Of a stretch of DNA of 20,180 bases, positions 8,367 through 14,496 are shown piece by piece (positions within the stretch are counted from its first letter, which is position 1; every line of letters begins with the position of its first letter). The translations under genes and the position numbers were made by a program. The notes under the pieces are model-generated. The model did not search any database and had not been told where the DNA came from. It was given only the letters and a program-made list of their open reading frames with translations. Origin of the DNA: an uncultured Afifella sp. (GTDB lineage Bacteria; Pseudomonadota; Alphaproteobacteria; Rhizobiales; Afifellaceae); assembly GCA_945787495.1 (NCBI GenBank), contig CALZIL010000068.1:1-20180 (forward strand), in the 5' to 3' direction.

Positions 8367-8562
8367 CTAAAAATAGTAATCCCGTTCCGAACCGTCATAA
8401 CGGCCGGATTTCAGGCAGCACGCCTTGAAATCTCAGTCCTGATCCGCATGGGCACAAATCGTTGCGGCCCAGTTTCTCGATGAGCTCGATATCACCATGA
8501 ACGATGCGGGCGCCGCGCTTGACGCGGGATTCGGACGGAAAACCCTTACGCCGTTTGCGCAT
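8367..8562 (-). pseudogene. Small SEC-C-motif (CPCGSG zinc-ribbon) protein gene with an apparent 1-nt frameshift inside the zinc motif. As written the ORF stops at 8395 (55 aa). Removing one nt near 8427 gives a 65-aa product ending ...[30 protein letters not shown].
   Basis: Reverse-strand translation from ATG 8562 gives [55 protein letters not shown]. The +1 frame immediately after the Phe codon reads [19 protein letters not shown], restoring the canonical SEC-C spacing C-x-C-x8-C-C. GC3 is moderate. Same strand as alkB and upstream of it. Confidence 0.4.
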
Positions 8563-8792
8563 CACCTCGAAAGGACGTCATGGCGTTTGAGTTGCGTTTC
8601 CTTGACATAACACCCTCCATTGCTACGAGTTCCAGTTCAGCCGAACGAGCGCTTTGGAAGCGCCAGCGCGGACAAGCCATGACGATGCTCTGTAGTCAAG
8701 GTGCTAATCAGTACTGCCTGAATATGCGCCAGCGTCCGGATTGCCGACATGGTCATCACGCACCTCTCGTTGAAAAACCGCCGATCACATGG

Positions 8793-8821
8793 TTGCGAGG
8801 TCCGGCGGACCTTCTTATATG
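8793..8821 (+). promoter_or_regulatory. Candidate RpoH (sigma-32)-type heat-shock promoter for dnaK: gTTGcga - N18 - CTTATATg, predicting a ~125-nt leader. The spacer contains the 15-bp perfect palindrome AGGTCCG-G-CGGACCT (8798-8812).
   Basis: As I recall it, the alphaproteobacterial sigma-32 consensus is CTTG-N17/18-CYTATNT. The -10 CTTATAT matches fully. The -35 matches only TTG. Located 130 nt upstream of the dnaK ATG. This is pattern recognition only. Confidence 0.3.
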
Positions 8822-8950
8822 ACGCCCAACGCGCCGGTTCTGCACCGGTGGATGCGCATGTGACAATTGTGGGGGCCGGGGACGGCGAACGCCTTCCCGA
8901 GACGGATGCCGATCAGGGTCCGGCCGGCCTGCCGGAAAAGGAGAAAGCAT

Positions 8951-10933
8951 ATGGCCAAAGTCATTGGCATTGACCTTGGCACGACAAATTCGTGCGTCGC
9001 CGTCATGGACGGCAAAACTCCCAAAGTGATCGAGAATTCCGAAGGCGGGCGGACGACCCCGTCCATGGTGGCGTTCTCCGACGATGCCGAACGGCTCGTC
9101 GGCCAGCCGGCCAAACGCCAGGCTGTCACCAATCCGGAACGCACCATTTTTGCCGTAAAACGTCTGATCGGCCGCCGTTTTAGCGATCCCACCGTCAAGG
9201 AAGACCAGGAACTGGTCCCATACAAGATCGTCAAGGCCGACAACGGCGATGCCTGGGTCCAGGCCGATAGCGATAAATATTCGCCCTCGCAAATCTCGGC
9301 GATGATCCTGCAGAAAATGCGCGAGACGGCCGAGACTTATCTTGGCGAAAAGGTCGAGCAGGCCGTCATCACCGTCCCCGCCTATTTCAATGACGCCCAG
9401 CGCCAGGCGACCAAGGATGCCGGCAAGATCGCCGGCCTTGAGGTTCTGCGCATCATCAACGAGCCGACCGCTGCGGCCCTTGCCTATGGGCTCGACAAGA
9501 GCGAGGGCAAGACCATTGCCGTCTTCGACCTTGGCGGCGGCACCTTTGACATTTCCATTCTGGAGATCGGCGACGGCGTCTTTGAGGTAAAATCGACCAA
9601 TGGCGACACCTTCCTCGGCGGCGAGGATTTCGACATGCGCCTGGTCAATTACCTCGCCGACGAATTCAAGAAGGAGCAGGGCATCGACCTGCGCAGCGAT
9701 GCGCTGGCTTTGCAGCGCCTGAAGGAGGCGGCGGAAAAGGCCAAGATCGAGCTTTCCTCCTCGCAGCAGACTGAAATCAACCTGCCTTATGTGACCGCCG
9801 ACGCCTCTGGCCCCAAGCATCTGACCATGAAGCTGTCGCGTGCCAAGTTTGAAAGCCTGGTCGATGATCTGGTCCAGAAAACCGTCGGCCCGGTCAAGTC
9901 GGCGCTCAAGGATGCCGGTCTTTCCGCCGGTGATATCGAGGAGGTTGTCCTGGTCGGCGGCATGACGCGCATGCCCAAGGTTCAGGAAACCGTCAAGCAA
10001 CTGTTCGGCAAGGAGCCGCACCAGGGCGTCAATCCCGATGAGGTCGTCGCCGCCGGCGCGGCGATCCAGGCCGGCGTCCTGCAGGGCGACGTCAAGGACG
10101 TTCTGCTTCTCGACGTCACGCCGCTCTCGCTCGGCATCGAAACGCTCGGCGGTGTCTTTACCCGGCTGATCGACCGCAACACGACAATCCCGACAAAAAA
10201 GAGCCAGACCTTTTCCACTGCCGAGGACAGCCAGAGCGCGGTAACGATCCGGGTCTTCCAGGGCGAACGCGAAATGGCCGCCGACAACAAGCCCCTCGGT
10301 CAGTTTGATCTGCTCGGCATCCCGCCGGCGCCGCGCGGCGTGCCGCAGATCGAGGTGACCTTCGATATCGACGCCAACGGCATCGTCAATGTTTCGGCCA
10401 AGGACAAGGGTACCGGCAAGGAGCAGCAGATTCGCATCCAGGCCTCCGGCGGTCTCGCCGACGATGAGATCGAGAAAATGGTCAAGGAGGCTGAACTCAA
10501 CGCCGAGTCCGACAAGAAGCGCCGCGAAGCGGTGGAGGCTAAGAACCAGGCCGAGGCGCTGATCCACTCGACCGAAAAAACGCTGGAAGAGCATGGCGAC
10601 AAGGTCGGCGAGGACGACAGGGCGGCAATCGACGCCGCGCTTGCCGATCTTAAGACGGCCGTGGAAGCGGAAGACACGGACGAGATCCAGGCCAAGAGCC
10701 AGACCCTTGCCGCCGCGTCCATGAAGCTCGGTGAGGCCATGTATCAGGCCGCCCAGGAGGACACCGAACACGAGGTGACCGACGAGCATGGCGATGATGG
10801 CCCCGGTGCGGGAAATGGCGCGGAGGATGTCGTCGACGCGGACTTTGAGGAAATCCCCGATGATGAGGCGGACTCAGCACCAGACGCAGGTGAGTCCGAC
10901 GATTCCGGCGAGGATCAGAAAAAGTCCGCCTGA
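8951..10933 (+). CDS. dnaK: Molecular chaperone DnaK (Hsp70) with an extended acidic C-terminal tail
   Basis: [22 protein letters not shown]..., [21 protein letters not shown] and the rest of the length are unmistakably Hsp70. ATG 8951 is preceded by AAAAGGAGAAAGCAT. The track ORF starts 28 codons upstream at a non-ATG codon. Confidence 0.95.
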   Translation: MAKVIGIDLGTTNSCVAVMDGKTPKVIENSEGGRTTPSMVAFSDDAERLVGQPAKRQAVTNPERTIFAVKRLIGRRFSDPTVKEDQELVPYKIVKADNGDAWVQADSDKYSPSQISAMILQKMRETAETYLGEKVEQAVITVPAYFNDAQRQATKDAGKIAGLEVLRIINEPTAAALAYGLDKSEGKTIAVFDLGGGTFDISILEIGDGVFEVKSTNGDTFLGGEDFDMRLVNYLADEFKKEQGIDLRSDALALQRLKEAAEKAKIELSSSQQTEINLPYVTADASGPKHLTMKLSRAKFESLVDDLVQKTVGPVKSALKDAGLSAGDIEEVVLVGGMTRMPKVQETVKQLFGKEPHQGVNPDEVVAAGAAIQAGVLQGDVKDVLLLDVTPLSLGIETLGGVFTRLIDRNTTIPTKKSQTFSTAEDSQSAVTIRVFQGEREMAADNKPLGQFDLLGIPPAPRGVPQIEVTFDIDANGIVNVSAKDKGTGKEQQIRIQASGGLADDEIEKMVKEAELNAESDKKRREAVEAKNQAEALIHSTEKTLEEHGDKVGEDDRAAIDAALADLKTAVEAEDTDEIQAKSQTLAAASMKLGEAMYQAAQEDTEHEVTDEHGDDGPGAGNGAEDVVDADFEEIPDDEADSAPDAGESDDSGEDQKKSA

Positions 10934-10944
10934 AGCCAGCATCC

Positions 10945-10980
10945 GGCCGCCCGGCTAATCCGGGCGGCCATTTCAATTCC
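10945..10980 (+). terminator. GC hairpin (GGCCGCCCGG-ctaat-CCGGGCGGCC, 10-bp perfect stem) followed by a weak U-tract (ATTTCAATT) in the dnaK-dnaJ spacer. Likely a partial terminator or attenuator.
   Basis: Inverted repeat read directly from the sequence, starting 12 nt after the dnaK stop. The U-tract is interrupted, so termination is probably leaky, as expected between dnaK and dnaJ. Confidence 0.45.
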
Positions 10981-11000
10981 GCAGCGGTCGATTCTCGTAA

Positions 11001-12103
11001 ATGGCAAAACGCGATTTCTACGAAATTCTGGGCGTTTCAAAGAATGCCGATGACAAGGCGCTGAAAGGCGCCTTTCGCAAACTGGCCATGGAACTCCATC
11101 CGGACCGCAACCCGGACGATCCCGACGCCGAGGTCAAGTTCAAGGAAGCCGGCGAGGCCTATGAGGTCCTCAAAGACCCGCAAAAACGTGCCGCCTATGA
11201 CCGGTTTGGCCACCAGGCTTTTGAGGGCGGTGGTTTTGGCGGTGGCTCGGCCGCCGGCGGATTCTCCTCGTTCTCCGACATTTTCGACGACATTTTCGGC
11301 GAGTTCATGGGCGGCGGCCGGTCCCGCGGCGGGCGCCAGAGCGGCAGCGATCTGCGCTACAATCTGGAAGTCACCCTGGAGGAGGCTTTCGCCGGCAAGA
11401 AGGTCGAGATCGAGGTGCCGACGCGGGTCACCTGCGAGACCTGTTCGGGCTCCGGCGCCAAGCCCGGTTCCAGTCCCGTCACCTGTTCGACCTGCAATGG
11501 CATCGGCCGCGTGCGCGCCAGCCAGGGCGGCTTTTTTCACATCGAACGCACCTGTCCGGCCTGCCAGGGCCGTGGTGACATGGTCCAGGATCCCTGCACC
11601 GATTGCGCCGGCAGCGGGCGAACCACGCAGCGACGGACCCTTTCGGTCAACATTCCATCCGGCTGGCCGGCGAGGGCGAGGCCGGTGTTCGGGCCGGCGC
11701 GCCAGGCGATCTCTACATCTTCCTGTCGATCAAGCCGCACGCCTTCTTCCAGCGCGACGGCGCTGATATTTTCTGCCGCGTGCCGGTCTCCCTGACGACG
11801 GCGGCGCTCGGCGGCCAGTTCGAGGTGCCGACTGTCGATGGCGGACGCACAAGGGTCAGGATCCCGGACGGCACCCAGACCGGCAAGCAGTTCCGTCTGA
11901 AGGGCAAGGGCATGCCGGTGCTGCGTTCGCGCCAGCTCGGCGACATGTATGTCCAGATCGTCGTGGAAACGCCGCAACACCTGACGCGCCGGCAGCGCGA
12001 ACTTTTGCAGGAGTTCGAAAAGGTATCGTCGGCAAAGAACAACCCGGAATCGGCCGGATTCTTCTCCCGGGTGAAGGATTTCTTTGACACGCTGAGCGAC
12101 TGA
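11001..12103 (+). pseudogene. dnaJ: dnaJ (Hsp40 co-chaperone), disrupted. The reading frame switches from frame 0 (11001-11795) to frame 2 (11603-12103) at ~11660-11666. The sequence is consistent with a 25-nt deletion removing the VDDGTRIR-equivalent residues.
   Basis: Frame 0 encodes the J-domain (HPD), the G/F region, all four CxxCxGxG zinc-finger repeats and ...TLSVNIPSG, then runs into a nonsense sequence (WPARARPV...). Frame 2 picks up exactly at [41 protein letters not shown]...KGMPVL...[13 protein letters not shown], the DnaJ C-terminal domains. The combined length plus 25 nt gives ~376 aa, a normal DnaJ. Confidence 0.8.
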
Positions 12104-12162
12104 TCGATTGGTTTAATTTCACCACCGCTTTGACGGCAATCTTCCAAAAGACGAGGTCCGCA

Positions 12163-12732
12163 ATGACGCCCGTGAAAGTGCTGATCGTGCCCGGCTCGAA
12201 CCGCTCGGGATCCCTCAATGTCAAGCTGGCCGGTCATATCGCGCGCGAACTGACATTGATGGGTGCCAACGCCACCCGTATATCCCTCGCCGATTATCCG
12301 ATGCCGATCTATGACGGTGACGATGAGGCGGAGAACGGTATTCCCCAGACGGCCCGCAAACTGATCGCCCAGTTCAAGGCGCATGAAGCGGTGGTAATCG
12401 TCAGCCCGGAATACAATGGCAGCATTCCGCCGCTTTTAAAGAACGCCATCGATTGGATGAGCCGCGATGGCATCGCACCGTTCCGCGACCGTGTTTATGC
12501 CCTCGCCGCCGCCTCGCCCAGCTACCGTGGCGGCCTGCGTGTCATGATCGCCCTGCGCCATTGCCTTGAATTCGCGCTCGGTGCGTTGATCATTCCCGAA
12601 CAATTCATGCTGCCCTTTGCCGACAAGGCGTTCGACAAAGACGGCGCGCTGACCGACGAACAGCACATCAAGTCCTTGAATGCCATGCTGACCGGTCTCG
12701 TTGAACGGGCAGCGTTGCTGCGCAAGCCGTAA
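12163..12732 (+). CDS. NAD(P)H-dependent FMN reductase family protein (flavodoxin-like fold; SsuE/ChrR/YieF-like)
   Basis: MTPVKVLIVPGSNRSGSLNVKLAGHIA...AVVIVSPEYNGSIPPLLKNAIDWMSR is the FMN_red family signature. GAGG lies 6 nt upstream of ATG 12163. The track ORF starts 11 codons earlier. Confidence 0.75.
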   Translation: MTPVKVLIVPGSNRSGSLNVKLAGHIARELTLMGANATRISLADYPMPIYDGDDEAENGIPQTARKLIAQFKAHEAVVIVSPEYNGSIPPLLKNAIDWMSRDGIAPFRDRVYALAAASPSYRGGLRVMIALRHCLEFALGALIIPEQFMLPFADKAFDKDGALTDEQHIKSLNAMLTGLVERAALLRKP

Positions 12733-12757
12733 CAAATAGGTCGGGCGTTAAGACAAT

Positions 12758-12779
12758 GATATAAAGATTTCTTTATATC
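12758..12779. promoter_or_regulatory. Perfect 22-bp AT-rich palindrome GATATAAAGA-tt-TCTTTATATC about 85 nt upstream of ahcY. Candidate transcription-factor operator.
   Basis: 10-bp arms that are exact reverse complements, read from the sequence. AT-rich in a GC-rich genome, so the palindrome is unlikely to occur by chance and the AT-rich stem makes an intrinsic terminator unlikely. Confidence 0.35.
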
Positions 12780-12863
12780 CGCTTGCCGGTCTGCCTGTGC
12801 CTGTGCTAGGCGCCCGCAATATCTGAGCAGAACCAATTGCCGAATTCACCAGAAGGTTGTCCG

Positions 12864-14279
12864 ATGAGCCCTGTTCGTGATTTTGAAGTCAAGGATCTCC
12901 AGCTTGCCGAATGGGGCCGCAAGGAGATCGCCATAGCCGAGACCGAAATGCCCGGCCTGATGGCGATACGCGCCGAGTTCGGCGCAGCCAAACCACTGGC
13001 CGGCGCCCGCATCGCCGGGTCGCTGCACATGACGATCCAGACCGCGGTGCTGATCGAAACGCTTGTCGCGCTCGGCGCCGATGTCCGCTGGGCGTCGTGC
13101 AACATCTTCTCCACCCAGGACCACGCCGCCGCCGCCATTGCCGCCGCCGGCATCCCGGTCTTCGCTTTCAAGGGCGAGACGCTGGAGCAATACTGGGACT
13201 ACGCAGATCGCATTTTTCAGTGGTCTGCTGATCCGGCCGGCGACGGCGAGATGGCCAACATGATCCTCGATGATGGCGGCGATGCCACCATGTATATCTT
13301 GCTCGGCGCGCGGGCCGAGGCCGGTGAGGATGTCCTGTCCGATCCCGGATCGGAGGAAGAGGAGGTCCTGTTCGCCCAGATACACAAGCGCATGGCCGCC
13401 ACGCCAGGGTTTTTTGCCCGCGCCAGTTCGCAAATCCACGGCGTGACGGAGGAGACCACCACCGGGGTGATGCGTCTTTACGACTTGCACAAACGCGGCC
13501 TGCTGCCGTTTTCCGCCATCAACGTCAACGATTCCGTCACCAAGTCGAAATTCGACAACAAATATGGCTGCCGTGAATCGCTGGTCGACGGCATTCGCCG
13601 GGCCACCGATGTCATGATGGCCGGCAAGGTTGCGGTTATCTGCGGCTATGGCGACGTCGGCAAGGGTTCGGCCCAGTCGCTGCGCGGCGCCGGTGCCCGG
13701 GTCCGGGTGACCGAAGTGGATCCTATCTGCGCGCTGCAGGCCGCCATGGACGGCTTTGAGGTCGTGACCCTCGATGACGCTGCGCCGCATGCCGATATCT
13801 TCGTCTCGGCGACCGGCAATCGCGACGTGATTACCATTGATCACATGCGCGCCATGAAGGATATGGCGATCGTCGGCAATATCGGCCATTTCGACAACGA
13901 GATTCAGGTCGCCGCCCTGCGCAACATGAAATGGACCAACGTCAAACCGCAGGTAGACATGATCGAGTTTGCCGACGGCAAGCGGTTATTGCTGCTATCG
14001 GAAGGCCGGCTCCTCAATCTCGGCAATGCGACCGGTCATCCCAGCTTTGTCATGTCGGCCTCCTTCACCAACCAGGTGCTTGCGCAGATCGAGTTGTGGA
14101 GCCGCGGCGACAATTATGAGAACAAGGTCTATGTCCTGCCCAAGCATCTCGACGAGAAGGTCGCATCGCTGCATCTGGGCAAGCTGGGCGCAAAACTGAC
14201 GCAGCTCAGCGACGATCAGGCATCATATATCGGCGTCGAACAAGCTGGCCCGTTCAAGCCGGAGCACTATCGCTACTAG
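12864..14279 (+). CDS. ahcY: Adenosylhomocysteinase (S-adenosyl-L-homocysteine hydrolase)
   Basis: 471 aa covering the whole AhcY length: [25 protein letters not shown], the insertion segment typical of the long bacterial form, and the NAD-binding [15 protein letters not shown] lies 7 nt upstream of ATG 12864. The track ORF starts 9 codons earlier. Confidence 0.95.
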   Translation: MSPVRDFEVKDLQLAEWGRKEIAIAETEMPGLMAIRAEFGAAKPLAGARIAGSLHMTIQTAVLIETLVALGADVRWASCNIFSTQDHAAAAIAAAGIPVFAFKGETLEQYWDYADRIFQWSADPAGDGEMANMILDDGGDATMYILLGARAEAGEDVLSDPGSEEEEVLFAQIHKRMAATPGFFARASSQIHGVTEETTTGVMRLYDLHKRGLLPFSAINVNDSVTKSKFDNKYGCRESLVDGIRRATDVMMAGKVAVICGYGDVGKGSAQSLRGAGARVRVTEVDPICALQAAMDGFEVVTLDDAAPHADIFVSATGNRDVITIDHMRAMKDMAIVGNIGHFDNEIQVAALRNMKWTNVKPQVDMIEFADGKRLLLLSEGRLLNLGNATGHPSFVMSASFTNQVLAQIELWSRGDNYENKVYVLPKHLDEKVASLHLGKLGAKLTQLSDDQASYIGVEQAGPFKPEHYRY

Positions 14280-14496
14280 GCTCACGGTCTTGCGACCGAA
14301 GCCGGGTTCTTCGCGCTGGTTTCATCACATTTGACGGCCATTCCAACCGTCATGGTTAACGATCTGTTTCCGATCTTGCCGCTAAGCTTGCCGCTGGCTT
14401 TTCCGCGCCCGGGGAAGCAGGTAATGTCCAATTGATTCGTCCGTTGCCGGGGGGCGGCACGGATGGAATGGGGCAAAGAGAGCGGCGGAGACGATA

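Noticed and set aside
8424-8451. E. coli-type sigma-32 promoter look-alike CTTGAAAtctcagtcctgatCCGCATgg on the forward strand, about 500 nt upstream of dnaK
   Set aside because: It lies entirely inside the reverse-strand SEC-C ORF. It is the reverse complement of the codons for ...CPCG...LRFQ, so the match is most likely a by-product of coding sequence. A better-placed candidate promoter exists at 8793-8821.
8580-8822. 80-aa forward-strand ORF in the dnaK upstream region with an apparent AAGGA Shine-Dalgarno
   Set aside because: GC3 is about 51% against about 75-85% expected for genuine genes in this genome. The composition is low-complexity and it overlaps the predicted dnaK promoter. The SD-like sequence is shared with the start region of the reverse-strand SEC-C ORF.
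8756-10789. 677-aa reverse-strand ORF antisense to dnaK. Similar long antisense ORFs occur at 3794-5062, 12846-13889 and 16105-17748.
   Set aside because: These are typical stop-codon-poor antisense frames of high-GC DNA. The translations are Arg/Gly/Ala-rich without domain signatures. Each overlaps a gene that is unambiguous on the opposite strand.
14280-14496. Small inverted repeats (CGGTC-ttgc-GACCG; TGACGG-N9-CCGTCA) and a CTTGCCGCT direct repeat after ahcY
   Set aside because: The stems are 5-6 bp without U-tracts, too weak to call a terminator or operator with any confidence.
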